DNA of 64,000 nucleotides from Malacoraja senta (GCA_038087875.1 CM075982.1:63116001-63180000); one strand, 5' to 3'. Positions 1 to 12,885 are shown, counted from the stretch's first letter. Program-made: numbers and translations. Notes: a model not told the origin generated them from the letters alone.

Positions 1-120
1 ACTTTAAATCTGCTTGTGGTTACCTACTAAAACCATTCATTGTACATGTACATGTCTCATTATTTGATGTACATGTCTCATCAAAAGAAAATCAAGATGT
101 GTAGAAAAGAGCTGAAGGAT

Positions 121-182
121 GGTGGTGCTGGCTCGAAGGGCCAAATGGCCTACTCCTGCATCTATTGTCTATTGTCTATTGA
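121..182 (+). mobile_element. CR1 LINE extreme 3' end
   Basis: ggtgctggctcgaagggccaaatggcctactcctgc plus (TATTGTC)n tail, shared with the longer CR1 copies here. Confidence 0.75.
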
Positions 183-184
183 TA

Positions 185-381
185 CATATGCTCCCCGATT
201 CACGATGTTTTGACTTATGATATTTTGACTTTACGATCAGCAAACGCTCGGCAACAGCAGCGAGGCGCACGCCACTTCCGGTCACGTGATCGCAGTGTAT
301 GAAATGCGTTTTCGACTCGATATTTTCGATTTACGATGGATTTATCGGAACGTAACCCCATCGTAGGTCAAGGAGCAGCTG
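185..381. mobile_element. Tc1/mariner Tigger-type MITE (MER47/Tigger5-like)
   Basis: TA at 183-184 and 382-383; imperfect ~23-bp TIRs; subterminal (g)acttacgat repeats. Confidence 0.75.
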
Positions 382-519
382 TACTTTGAAAAGGGGTCAC
401 ATTAATGCAGCAGTTACTACTGCTGACTCGGAGCTCTAAGGACCTGGTTCAGTTTCTGACCTTGGTTGCTGTCCATGTAAGAGCTTGCACGTTGTGGTCA
501 TGTGGGCTTCTGTTGGGCA

Positions 520-875
520 TTCCAATAAGGCTATTGGAACTGCTGTGTTTGACTAGAGCTGATTTCTTCCTCTCCGCTGTTATCAAATTACTAAACGGTC
601 TACCCATAAGGGTAAGGAGTAAGGGTAAGAGGAGCCCCAATCTCCTAAAATACTTCATTGTGAACATTGCACTTTTTTCACTTTCTCTGTAACTGTAATG
701 CTATAATGCTGTAACATTATATTTTGCACTCTAGGATTTTTCTCTATTGTACTTGTGTATGGCTTGATTGTATTTGTGTATAGTGTAATTTAACTGGATA
801 GCTTGTTGACTGGATAGCAAAGCTTTTCACCATATCTCGATACAGGTGATAATAATAAACCAATACCAATACTGG
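520..875 (+). mobile_element. Rex1/Babar-like LINE 3' fragment
   Basis: Tail actggatagc..aagcttttcac..gtgataataataaaccaatacc is shared with the RT-bearing copies at 41458 and 60665. Confidence 0.55.
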
Positions 876-1082
876 CTTGCATCTGTTGGGCAGAATCACT
901 TCTTTCTACCAGAAGAACCATCAGTCCCTGACATTTGTTTTGATAAATAATCAACAAAGAATCCTGAAGCCTCATGCAGGAAAACAGCCATATGTTGGCT
1001 TCTTGTGTATGTACTTGAGACAGTATTCTTCATCCTGCTTCAGAATCAAAATCCTTCTATTCCTTTCAATCATGGTGGTTCT

Positions 1083-1180
1083 GTCTGAAGAAGGGTCTAG
1101 ACCCAAAACGTCACCCATTCTTTCTTTCCAGTGATGCTGCCTGTTCCGCTGAGTTACTCAAGCATTTTGTGTCCATCTAT
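1083..1180 (+). mobile_element. Penelope-derived hammerhead module (GAAA changed to AAAA)
   Basis: gtctgaagaagggtctagacccaaaacgtcacccattc...gatgctgcctg...gagttact. Confidence 0.75.
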
Positions 1181-1939
1181 GGTGGCTCTGAAGTTTTGTA
1201 TTGACAAGTATTTCTTCTGCCTTTGAGCGTTTGGCTAGGATTGATAAAAGAAGAAAAGAGATTTGTGCTAGATCCTTAAAACAGCAGTAAAAATATTGGC
1301 TAAATTATAACAAATAAAATGATGGATAGACAGAAAAATATGTCTACCTACTGATTTGCAAATTGTGGTTCCTTTTTGTAAATGTGGCATTTTCACCAGT
1401 GAGATGTGGCACTTATGTTTTTGATATTTTTAAGTACTTTGTCTGTCAGTTCGGAGCCATTGTGGGAAATATATTCAGCATATTTTAAACAGCACTAACA
1501 TATTGAACTTGTGCCAAATATAAATCCTTCAGCTGTAAAGATGGATGTCATCTGTTTTGTAATGGATGTTATGTTTCTGGCTGTGGTTGTTTTTGATCAA
1601 ATCTATTGTGAAGAAATGTTAAAGATGGACTCTGTTCAGCAGTGGAATGAAGACATAATGGATCATTTTAAGGAGGTGAATGATTGGAAATTCATCTGTG
1701 CCTGTGCTGATATATTAATTGGTCGCTGCATGGTCCAGCAATGACTTTTTTGTTTGTGAGCTGGAGGATTGATATTTAGAAGTGCTCAAGCCAAAATATC
1801 AGCTTCAACTAAATCAGGGTCACATGAGGAAAGGCCTTTTCTAAGTGTGCTGTGCCAGTCCAATCCATCTAATAGGCACTCAATCAGACTACTCTTAACC
1901 TCGGTGCAAGTTAATGGTTGGCACTTACACACTTCGTAT

Positions 1940-2870
1940 GTCGAGTGTGGATTTCACCGGGACCAGTCGGCTCCACATCTCATCATTGACTTGGTCAACG
2001 CATGGATAAAAGACCTAAACTCCAGAGATGAGGTCAGCATGACAATACTTGACATATGTGTCAATGAGGAGCCTTTGTAACGTTAAAGTCGGCAAGCGTC
2101 TAAAGACAAATACTCCAGTGGTTAGAGGTATACCTTGAACAATGTTAAGACAGTTGTGGTTGCTGGAGGTCAGAAAGTAGGGAAGTTCGTCAATAGCTGT
2201 ACACTGTTCAATTCCATACTCAACTCTTCAGCATGTGAAGCTGCCCATGCCTGCAATAAATGTCTCATGTGACATTTAGGTATGGGCCAAAAATGGCAAA
2301 TAACATTCATATCATAAATGTACAAGTTAATGACCATCTTCAACAAGAATATCCGACCACAAATTCTTGGGCATTCAATGGCATTAACTTGCTGAGCCCC
2401 ACCATTAATATCCTGGAGAATCTACATTGTCAGAAACTCAGCTGGACCAGGCTGTATGGTCGTGAGAGGTCTCCTATGGTCGTGAGAGGTCATCACGACA
2501 TGTCGCCAGGGGTCGCCTGTATAGTCGTGAGAGGTCTCCAAAGAGTCGTAGCGTCTTTCTGGTCGACGCTGAATTTTCAACTTGTTGAAAATTTCGGTGA
2601 CCTATCACAGGTGCTGGCAGTCGCCTGTAAAGGTTGCGTAAGTGGGACAGGCCCTTTATGATGAGTGACTCGCTTCTTGAGATCCCAAGTGCTTTCCACC
2701 ATCTACATGGCTCAAGTCAGGAGCATTGTTGAATCCACCCAAGATGCTTGGCACTAAACCATCCACCTAAACATTTATTCCCTTCATTATTGGCATTTAG
2801 TTGCTGAAGTGTGTACCATCTACAAAGTGCACTGCAATTACTTGCCCATAAGAAGAATAAGAGTTTTGGG
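1940..2870 (+). mobile_element. Old CR1-group LINE RT remnant, interrupted by a MITE
   Basis: Translates GFHRDQSAPHLIIDLVNAWIKDLNSRDEVSMTILDI, typical of non-LTR RT. A related fragment lies at about 12270-12570. Confidence 0.6.
2451..2655. mobile_element. PIF/Harbinger-type MITE, one end only
   Basis: Ends aagtgggacaggccct-TTA, the same TIR as 19013 and 59475. Internal tatggtcgtgagaggtc repeats and a gaattttcaac..gttgaaaatttc palindrome. Confidence 0.7.
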
Positions 2871-2964
2871 CGCATTTGAACGTTAGGCACAAACAACAAA
2901 ATCATCACATTCTCAAAAATTTAAAAATGTGTGTCAATTGACACTATCTTCACAGCATGACTGA

Positions 2965-3440
2965 GGGTGAACTCAGCCCAGTCCATCACAGGCATGGTCC
3001 TCCCCTTCATCGAAGACATCTATTTGTGGAGCTGCTTCAGGAAAAGCAGCAGCTATATTCAAGAATCCCCACCATCTAGGCCATGACCTCATTTTAGCAC
3101 TATCATCGGGCAGGAGGTACAGAAGTCTGAAGTCCCACATTACCAGGTGCAGGAACAGCTACTTCCCTTCAACTATCAGGTTCTTGAACCAACCAACATA
3201 ACCCTAATCCTACCTCGGCATTTGTGCACGATGGTCCATCTCTCAAACTACCGTGGACTTGTTTATTTTCCAAATTATATTTTTACACTTATGTCTTGTT
3301 TATTTTTGCATCGCCTTCTCTCTTTTAGAAATGTTAATTAAAAATTATATTTAATTTATGTATAATCTGTTTTTGTGTGCTTGTCTGAGTGTATGTACCT
3401 GTGTCTCACCGTACTTGTGCATTTGACAATACACTAAACT
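2965..3440 (+). mobile_element. Rex1/Babar-like LINE 3' fragment
   Basis: gcccagtccatcacaggc...ggcaggaggtacagaagtctgaag...aggaacagctacttccct...gacaatacactaaact. Confidence 0.65.
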
Positions 3441-3944
3441 CAGTTTCTTAATTTCACTTTTAGATTGAGTGTGTCTGTGACTATTGGTGTTTCTGGAAGG
3501 AGAAATATACTCCAGAAATAAAACTAGCTTGTCCTGAAATTACAGTTTATCAAGACATGGTTGCCTTATGAAATTTTAAAATATGTCCACATTAAGAAGC
3601 CCTATTATATAGAAATCAATGTTAAATTGGTAATAATATTGCATGTGATCGTTTTAGTTTCCAGGGGCATCACATGTGCTTGAATCTCTTCAGTGATTCT
3701 TCAGATGTCACTGTTAAAATTCAATATTATGAGATGCTAAGATGTGCTTTTCCAACTTTGGAAGAAGCAGAAATATCTTAACATAAAAAATTAATAACTT
3801 TGCTTATGTAACTCTCTTTAAACCTTCACCCGTTCAAATATTTGTTTCCCTTGTCCATGGACCAGGGAATATATATTTTTTTCTACTGTCTCATATTTGA
3901 TGTATTTTTAATCTTTTTAGGATCCATATCTGTCCCCAGGGACA

Positions 3945-4045
3945 ATGTCTGTGAAACTGCACTTTGCCTCTCCTGCTGATTCTAGTGGGCTCAACCGCAG
4001 CCGTTCGTTCACTGGCTTTAGTTCCGTGCCAAGCAGACGATCACA
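3945..4045 (+). CDS. RIPOR3: RIPOR3 coding exon 1 (MSVKLHFASPADSSGLNRSRSFTGFSSVPSRRS)
   Basis: Acceptor tttttag ends at 3920, ATG at 3945, donor GTGAGT at 4046. Contains the RSxSF motif of RIPOR N-termini. Confidence 0.9.
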
Positions 4046-4136
4046 GTGAGTATAATTGATTATCACAGTTGGCAAGCATATTGAGCTTGAAACTGTATTG
4101 CTTTGAAGTGGCACTGTAGAGGGCTATCAAACTAAT

Positions 4137-4265
4137 CTGAAGAAGGGTCTCGACCCGAAACATCACCCATTCCTTCTCTCCAGAGATGCTGCCTGTCCCG
4201 CTGAGTTACTCCAGCAATTTGTGTCTATCTTCGGTGTAAACCAGCATTTGCAGTGCATTCCTACC
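4137..4265 (+). mobile_element. Penelope-derived hammerhead module
   Basis: CTGAAGA 4137-4143, GGGTCTCGACCC stem, GAAA 4157-4160, helix III ACAT variant, full tail. Lies ~90 nt downstream of coding exon 1. Confidence 0.8.
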
Positions 4266-6164
4266 AATTTTATATAAGGTCCTTCATGAGGTTTAGTGTA
4301 AATGAGACTTAGGTATTTTGCAACTTAAAGGCCCATTGTCCATTATCTTCCACCATTCTAGAGAATGAGGACTTGTGGAAGAAGATAGCTGGGTGAAAAA
4401 AGTTTTGGCAGAGATTTTGTGGGTAGATGATTCCACAGGGACTTTTAATTAGTGGTGAATGGCAAACAAAATGATCAGGGAATCAATCAGGTTTGGATGG
4501 ATAGTGGCTGCACAAATTATAATGGGGTCAAAGCAAGATTGTGATGATAACGACTAGATTTAGTTGGAAAATGACTGGTAGGAATTGAGAACATCAGCAT
4601 GAAAGAAATGAAACTGAAGCAGGTCTATTGGTTAAAGCCATTTTCAGCATGTCAGCCATTCTCAGGCCTCATACAAGCTGACAAATGTTTAAAAAAACAT
4701 TACATCCATTTAATTTGATTGAACGTCCTTGGTGACCTCCATGCTGTTTAGGCCAGAAACAAAATTCCAGAAGTTATCACCATTTGGGTTTGGCTTAAAT
4801 CCTTCATGATAGTGCAGTAATACTGGCAGTCGTTGAAAAGACAAGTACTGCAGATGCTGGAAAACTGAAATAAAACAGAAAATGAAGTGATGCCAGGTTT
4901 GAATCAAATATTGTTGAGGACACAAAATTCTGTGAAAAGCTTTGATCTGCTCTTTATGAATCAAAAATTGAAACTAGTCCACCAGGATATCATACCAAGA
5001 GTATATTGCCCACAAATTTTCACAAGTTACAAAGAGATTTCTTATTTTAGGACTGTATTCCTAGAATATGGAAGATTGAGAGATAATTAAATGTTTTTAA
5101 GAGTGAGATTTATAAATAAAATGTAAATCATCTTTGAATGTTTCACAAACAGTCAAAGCTTCTTGAACGTTTTGACAATCATCTAAGTCAGAGACAGGCT
5201 CTAGCCGGCTGTGAGAATTATTTATTCTGTGCATGACTTGTTCTCTGTCGGCCACGTGATGGGATTTATGTCTGTACTTTGCTTTGCCAATGAAGATCAG
5301 ATGGCTTCTGAGTGGAAGTTTTCACTGGGGATTTGAATAAAATAAATGCAGGCTTAGCAAGTATGTGAGAAGCTCGCATGAGCGGCTTGCCAGTGCCAGG
5401 AAATTCTAGACTTACATTTGTGTTTAAAACAGTAAAGGTCCTTCTTAAAGTAAAAAATAGTTTGTTGTGACTTACACTGTGAAATGGAATCCAAACCAAG
5501 AGAACACAATAGATCAAAGAACAATAAATTTATGGGCTCCCTTCTAGATGCAGTATTAGATACCATATTTCCTGGTATCCAAGACGCTATTTTGTTACTC
5601 TAAAATAAGGCCCGAAAAATTTACCTGCGTCTTGGAGGCCGAAGGTTAGGCCAAGCAATGCCACTCTCGTAGCGACTGCTCCGCTAAAACCTGCCACGCC
5701 TTTGACCCTGGAACTGTGTGAAGTGGGAAGCGGTTGTAAAAGGACGGCACCGCTTGTGGGGGGGGGGGGGGGGGGAGTGGTGGGGGACAGTTCATTTCCA
5801 CAGTTTCTGGGGAGTCTGGCACGGGTCAGCACAGCCTGGGCTGCACAAAGTAGTAAACTTGGCTGGGCCACCAGGGGTAAAGTTGCGGGCAGGGCAGGAG
5901 CATTGAGAAGGATTGGGTCGGAGATCATGACAGCAACTCATTCACTCATTCACCGTTGCCACAGCGCTCCGGACGCGGAGCCACCGCATTGTGGCCAGGG
6001 AGGGAAGTAACTTGGGGTGGCTGCGAGCCGGGACCGGACAGCGGAACCAGCTGCCACCTCAGCATTTTCTGCCGGTCCGCCCACCATCCAGCCAAGGTGA
6101 CCTTCGGCACAGGCGTAACCGGTGGAGGTGGCGCTTGGCGGTAGCTACTGTGCCACCACATAAA

Positions 6165-6818
6165 GTGCAAGTGAAATGAATTTGCCAGCAGTGGTACAAT
6201 GAAAAAAGAACACGCAAAAACACAATAAAAATTTAACACAAAAATCCACCACAGCATTCATCACTGAAGATTTAAAGTTCCCGCCGCGCTGCAGCCAGAA
6301 GCACCGCAGACCGCAGGGCCGGCAGTCAGAGCTCCTCTCCAGGGGTCCCCGCCGTGCCCGCAGTAGAAGTAGGCTGCGGGCCTGCGGTCGGAGCTTCTTC
6401 TCCTCCCGAGTCCCCAACGAGTGATCCCAGGCTGTGGACGCCGCGCCAGCTAGAGCTGTGCAGACCGCGGCTTCAGGCTGCCACGGGCCAGCGAACGGAG
6501 CACTCCCCTCCGGCGACCCCCGGCGAGGGCTCGCCCGCTCTGCGACAAGAGTCCACGTTGCGCCCGCCGCTGAAGCCCCGGGCACGTCTCCGGGAAAGGC
6601 CGCACCGATCCTCGATGTTAGGCCACGGGGGAGGTGACATGGTAAAAGTCGCCTCTCCGTGGAGGAGGCGACTGAAACAGTTTCCCCCCACACCACCCCC
6701 ACACAAGACACACAGAGAGACACCAAAAACACACATTAGGACACACTAAAAAGATTTAAAAAAGTTGAAAAAACTAACACGCTGCTGGCAGGGTGGCGGC
6801 TTGCAGCGCCCCCACCGA
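6165..6818 (-). mobile_element. GC-rich non-autonomous retroposon (same family as 34380 and 53345)
   Basis: Shares ctcgatgttaggccac, the T-rich leader and a LINE-like 3' tail with the other two copies. Confidence 0.55.
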
Positions 6819-6840
6819 CCTATGGGTTGCATTTCCGGTC

Positions 6841-7007
6841 GAGTCTGAAGAAGGGTCTCGACCCGTAACGTCAGAGTATGAAGAAGGGTCTCGACCCGAA
6901 ACCTCACCAATTCCTTCTATCCAGAGATGCTGCCTGACCCGCTGAGTTACTCCAGCATTTTGTGTCTATCTTTTGTGTAAACCAGAAACTTCAGTTCTTT
7001 CCTACAC
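6841..7007 (+). mobile_element. Penelope-derived module with a tandemly duplicated hammerhead head
   Basis: 33-nt unit at 6841-6873 repeated from 6874, followed by the standard tail. Confidence 0.8.
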
Positions 7008-7944
7008 AAAATCCTGAGAACGTCCATGAAATAGTTTAAATTTTGGCAGTCTGATTGGCCTCTGAGTACATATAATTTTCACGTCACGCCACGTATGGTG
7101 GCATAACAACAGAAGAAGCGAGAGAAGATAGAAATATACTTGTTTTCATTCTCTAAACGGTATTATTTTTCTATCCCCATTATTTGAATTCTCCTACTGC
7201 AAGATGTGTTTTCCCATAGATGAAAAAAATCACATTTAATTTTCCATGACTTTCAATTTGCCACTGAATATGGTAGAAATTTAATTACATGCTTTTTCAA
7301 ATACAAACAATACTTTGTTGTAATTATATAATAGCAGAATTATGAAGACATGGCAGGCAATGCCATTTTGGATCATTTAGACAGCTCCTAGTTTGCATGC
7401 TGTCAGTCACATTACAGGAAGCAAGCTCAGAGCACTTCATAAACACATGCTTCTGATATTAAACTAAATTGAACCAAATGTTGGAATTGCAGGAGACAAT
7501 ATCGATGTTTAATTGCAGCTGGTGTGACCTGCTACTGTTTAATCTTGGACAATTCAAAATAACTTTGTAGAATGGCTGACTGAGAGACAGTAACAAACCT
7601 TGTTTTCATACCCTTACATATTTCTGCTGGGGAGGAATTTGCCCTCTTTTATTGAAATAATCAACAATTAGTTCTAGTTGTGCTCTAAACTATAACAGAA
7701 CTGTTCTGGGCAGGAGACAGAGAGTATAGATTTTTTTTATGACTTCAATATTAAAATACCTGCTAGTTGTGTTACATAGTAAAATATTAGTTTGTGTAAT
7801 GAATATTACATTGATTATTTAAAAAAAAAATCTATCAGAAGTCTGTTCTAAAGGATAATTCTCTGGAACAAAAAGATAAACATACTAATTTACTCCTTTC
7901 TTCTCTTCTTGAAGTGTAACATTTGTGGTATACACTGTAGGAGC

Positions 7945-8200
7945 TATTGCAATGTTATCTGCGTTAACTTGCTGGTCGATATTAATTCGCAATCTGGCAA
8001 CATCTCAAATTCCATATTGTCATTAGCAAACAACAGGGTATCACTACTCTCTACCTATCTCCAAGGAAATATTGCAATGTTATCTGCATTAACTTGACGG
8101 TCAATATTAATTCCCAATCTAGCAACACCTTAAATTCAAGATTGTCATCGGCAAACAACAGGGAGTTCCTAGATTTCCTGCATATCTCTGAGGAAATATC
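7945..8200. repeat. Diverged tandem duplication, two ~125-bp units
   Basis: tattgcaatgttatctgc...gcaaacaacaggg...aggaaata starts at 7945 and again at 8070. Confidence 0.85.
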
Positions 8201-8309
8201 AATCTTTTTTGTAGATTAATCAGGAATGGCAACCTACAAGTGGAAGTGTTTAATCAAAGTGACAAACATTTATGATGCTTCACAAGTTTCCTTTTAACAT
8301 ATGTAAAGG

Positions 8310-8643
8310 AGGGCATTTGGCCCATCACACCTATGCTAGCTCACAGAGCAGTGCTGTCAGTTCTATTTCCCCACTTATTTCATTGCAAACTCTCCTCTCA
8401 CATTAACACCCTTTTGGTTTGTTCATCTCAGCTATCAACATCAGGGGTCATTTACACTAGCTAATTAACCTAATAATCAACATATCTTTGGGATGTGGGA
8501 GGAAACAGGAGCCTCCAGAGGAAACTGAGCCATTCACAGGGAGAGTGTACAAACTGAATGCAGACAGGACTGGAGATCAGAATCAAATCCAGGTCACTGG
8601 AACTGTGAGACAGCTGCACTATGTACAGCACCACTGAGTCACC
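8310..8643 (-). mobile_element. HE1-like V-SINE, diverged
   Basis: tctttgggatgtgggaggaaac...cacagggagagtgtacaaact is the reverse complement of the SINE core. Confidence 0.65.
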
Positions 8644-8829
8644 CTAGTATCATGAGCAGAGAAGTTCAAAAACAAGATGCCTGCATATTGTGAGCTGTGG
8701 AATAGCTTACAGCACAAAATCATTGCAAAACAAGAAAAGCACTTTTGTGCACCCATGATGCATAACTGGAAGCTGCCAATTGGCATGCCGTACATGTTTG
8801 GTTTGGCTTCTGGGAATTCGGAAAATTCT

Positions 8830-9920
8830 CAGATTAGTTTATTGTCATATACACCAGGGTGCAATGAATTTCCTTGTTCACATGAAGCTTACAGAGTAAA
8901 CAGCACACATACCATAAAACCATGCTGAAGACAATGAAGAGTACAGATACAGCAGAATAATATTAACGTACAATCATGGAATAACTAAATGAGGTGGAGT
9001 TAAGAGTGAGAGTACATGGCAGCATCTCTGGGGGTGTGGAGTGAAAGAGGTGATTGGTTCAGGAGTCAGATAGCAATGGGAAGAAGATGTTCTTAAATAT
9101 GGACATCCAACCTTTCAAGTTCCTGTAGCTTCTCCCAGAAGGTAAAATAGAGAAAAGGGAATTGCCACAGTGGCAGGCAACCTTGATGATATTTCCAGCC
9201 TTCCTGTTGCAATGCACCATGAAGATAGTCTGGATGGAAGAAAGTGATGAGCCTGTGATGGATTGAGCTGTGTTCACCACTCACGGGCTGTCAAGAGCAG
9301 AGCAGTTGGCATACAATGCCGAGATGTATCCTTTCATCTGTGGAAGATCGAGAATCTCAGTGAACATGCCCAACCTTCTCAGACATTTAAGAAAGTAAAT
9401 ATGCTAATGTACTTTCTTGATCACCGCATTAGATTAGATTGCCGGTTATATGAATGCTTAGGAATTTGAAGCCATTGACAATCCCTACAGCAACTCAGTT
9501 GGTGAGGACAGAGTTAATTCCCTTGCTTCCTTAGGTCTACAAGTAACTCTTGACGTTAAGGACGAGGCCTGACACCCATGATGCAAAGTTCTCGATCTCT
9601 TTCCTGTAGATCACTTCATTTTTGTTGTTGATCCAGCTGACAACAGTGAAATCATCATTAAACTTAAAGATCATGTTGTGGCTATATTTGGCCCCAAAGT
9701 CAAAGGTGTACAAGGAGTGGAAATGGGGACTGGGCACTCAAACCTGAGGGGCAACATTGCTGGTTAAGGTGGAAGAAATGTTATTTTATGACCAATTATA
9801 ACTAACTGAAGTCTGCGAGTTAAGAAGTCCAGAATCCAGTTTCAGAAGAGGCTCCAAAGTCAAAGTTCAGATCTTTTACTGAGCTTATTTAGTAGGCTAA
9901 GCTGTAGTCAATGAATAGCT
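8830..9920 (-). mobile_element. Rex1/Babar-like LINE RT remnant
   Basis: Minus strand gives IFKFNDDFTVVSWINNKNEVIYRKEIENFASW, a decayed FADDT RT motif; tail is shared with other copies. Confidence 0.65.
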
Positions 9921-12885
9921 TCTTGACATAGGTGTTCACATTATATGAACGGACCTCAAATAGAACAAAACAGATCTTAATCTGATGATGAAGACCTCCT
10001 CAAGTCAAAATTAAAGGCTCAAGTTTAGCTGACCACCTAAAGTCAGCAATGAAATCTGTACAAATGAATTTAATGTGACATGTTCAAAGTAAGACCACCT
10101 TCTTTCTTTGGACATGCACAATTACATCTGTGGTTTTCCTCGGTAGCCACTTCTGCTGCTCCAATGCCTTATTGATTGTGTGAAATCAGAGGGCATCTGC
10201 TCCATTCCCACCTGCCACTTCTGATTCAGGCAATCCATTTCATTCTTTCTACTTGAGGTTATAATTGCAGTTAAGAACTGGTGCTTTAAAAAGCTCCAGT
10301 TAGCTAAGTTCATACGTCTCAAGCAACTCTTAAAATAAAATGTGGTAACTATGCATAACCGTGTTGAAGAACAGGGAATTGTGCCACTGGTGAATGAATC
10401 TTTGCACATTGTGCTCTTAAGGAAGCAGCTCCTCATGGTTCTCAAAGCAACCAGCCAAGGTTCGTTCCAAAGAGCCTTGTTACTGTACGTATCCACATGT
10501 AATTCATTTGGACTCCATGGTCTTTATATTCAGTAAGTGCAGATATGTGGGAAATTGCAACTGTGTGATCAGATGGCAGAGCTTTTATTTTTTTTCAACT
10601 TTCTTCGCCATAATGCAATGTAGTCAATATATCTCCAGTAAATTTAAATAATTTTGGGTGAGAGATTGCTACAATTCATGTGGGACGCTGCCAGAAAAAT
10701 AGTTAGAATACTGGAGTGATAAATGTACGAGCCAAAGGACAATCCAGTTTATAAAACTTTCATTTCAGCAAAACAAGTTTGTTTACTTATACTTGTTTTT
10801 ATAAATTCCTGAATTCCTCTAATGTTTATTATCATATCTGATATTCTGCACAGATGCACAGATTTTATTTTCAAACAGGAACATATCACCAGAGCATGAG
10901 ATTTATGAAGCTTTTTTTTCTCAGGTTTATTAAGAAATTATAAAATTGTTGGGGAATTTTTGGATGTGATGCAGAGACTCCTGACCTTAAAGAAATGATT
11001 CACGAGTTTGAAATGTATCCATTTGGGTTCTAAGTTTCCTTCACTGTTCAAAATATGCATCTGGTTCCAATCGGATATAAGATCCACAAATTACATTCTG
11101 TTAAACGTCAACTGTGAAAAATGATAAACATTAGAGGAATTCAGGGCATTAAAACATACTTGCATAACATTTAATTCTTATATTCACATATTTCGAAAAT
11201 GTCTTGGTTCATTATGTTATATTTGGGAATTCTATCTGTTTGCCACATCAGTGAAGAATAAGATGAAGACAGACAGGGAAAGGAATGGGAAAGTGCAAAA
11301 TGGAAACAAAAATGATTAATAATATGCGACAGTGGTTACAGCAATTTGATTAAGGGGGCTAGATGGCATCATAAAAACAATAAGAAAGATGGATTAGTTC
11401 AATAGTTATTAGAATACTGTTTTGGATTAATAAATAATCAAGATCACTTTTAGGATATGTAAAAGAAATATATACACTCAATAAATTTTATGAAGTGGAT
11501 ATATTAAGTTTGGGACCTGTTTCTAGGCATTCAGCAGATGCAATATACAGTGCAATGGCACTAAAATGTGTTCAAATTTAATTTCCTATTGATTGTTGAA
11601 AAAGTCAATGCTGATACTGAATCCAAAACCTAAATAGTACGAGTCAAAATGTCAGAGTTGGGTAGCATTAGTGGTTTATTTTGTAAGGCAACTACTAAAT
11701 TATACTACTTTTATCCTTATGATGTAATGTGCAAGGGTGACTTGCACAACTTTGTGAACAAACATATTTTATAGGTGGATTGACTGAGGCTCCTCACACT
11801 CCAACCATACTTTTAAATCAATGTAGCTATGCCATTCTATGATCTCTTTTACTATGAAAATAGTGCTGTTTCATCAAAAAAGTTTGGTTGAAAATAAGTA
11901 CGAATTTTAGATTGACAAATAAATGCAGTGTGATGGAATGAATATCAGAGAGAAGGATGAGAGAGTTCTGACTGGAGATAAGAGAAGAGAAGTAAGAAGG
12001 GAAATTTAAAGGATTTAATCCAAGCAGAAAGAGAAAATAAAATGTTATCTCCATTTCATTTAAAAAAATTGTTAACAGATTTGGGCAAAGACTCAAAAAC
12101 TGACGTATTGTAATTTGTACCCATTTCACAATTGGGAAAAATAAAAGCAAAACATATTATCTGTCAAATTCAACCAGGTTAAAGCTGTTGATTGTTTGCC
12201 TGCAGGACATAGCAAACAAATACCATTTTGTAAATACACATTGTGTAATTTCATGACTGAGTATGGAAAGGCACGGATAACATTCAGGCATGGGCTGATA
12301 GATGGTAAGTGACATTTAAACCACACAAGTGCCAAAGCCAGAAAAATAATCTTGCCAACTATCCAGATGACATTACCATTACCAACTCCCCAGAAGTGAA
12401 CAGCCTGGAAGTCACCATTAAACAGATACATAGCAAGTCTGGTCACACAGATACTGAAGGCACAAATGTAGATCATAAACTTAGTGCCCAGCTGGGAAGA
12501 GTGACATTTTTCCTGTTTCCTCAAAACCATTCCTCCACCTCCAAATAACATGCTGCCAGGAGGGTGATGGCAGTTACCACTTGTCTAGACGAGTGCCTGA
12601 GGCATGTCTCTGGCAAATGGGGATGAACAATAAACTTTGTTTTTTACCATTAATGTCCATATGAAAAAAATTAAAAATAAGCTAATATTAAACTTTATTT
12701 TACAAAGCCTTGGAGGAACCTTCCAAGGGATCTGATTATGGAACGAGGATTATGCTGATCATGCAGAGTTTCTTCCTTGATAATATTCTGGACATGTGAG
12801 ATTGTTACAGTATGAAAACTAATGATATTTAAAGGTACCTTGTTAAATCACAGCGATTTACCAATGCCATTATTTTCTTTTGCAG

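Noticed and set aside
2451-2550. Spaced tatggtcgtgagaggtc repeats resembling a CRISPR array
   Set aside because: Only three copies with irregular spacing inside a MITE, in eukaryotic DNA.
5587-6749. Cluster of 60-195 aa overlapping ORFs
   Set aside because: GC-rich repeat sequence is poor in stop codons; the peptides are low-complexity with no recognisable domain.
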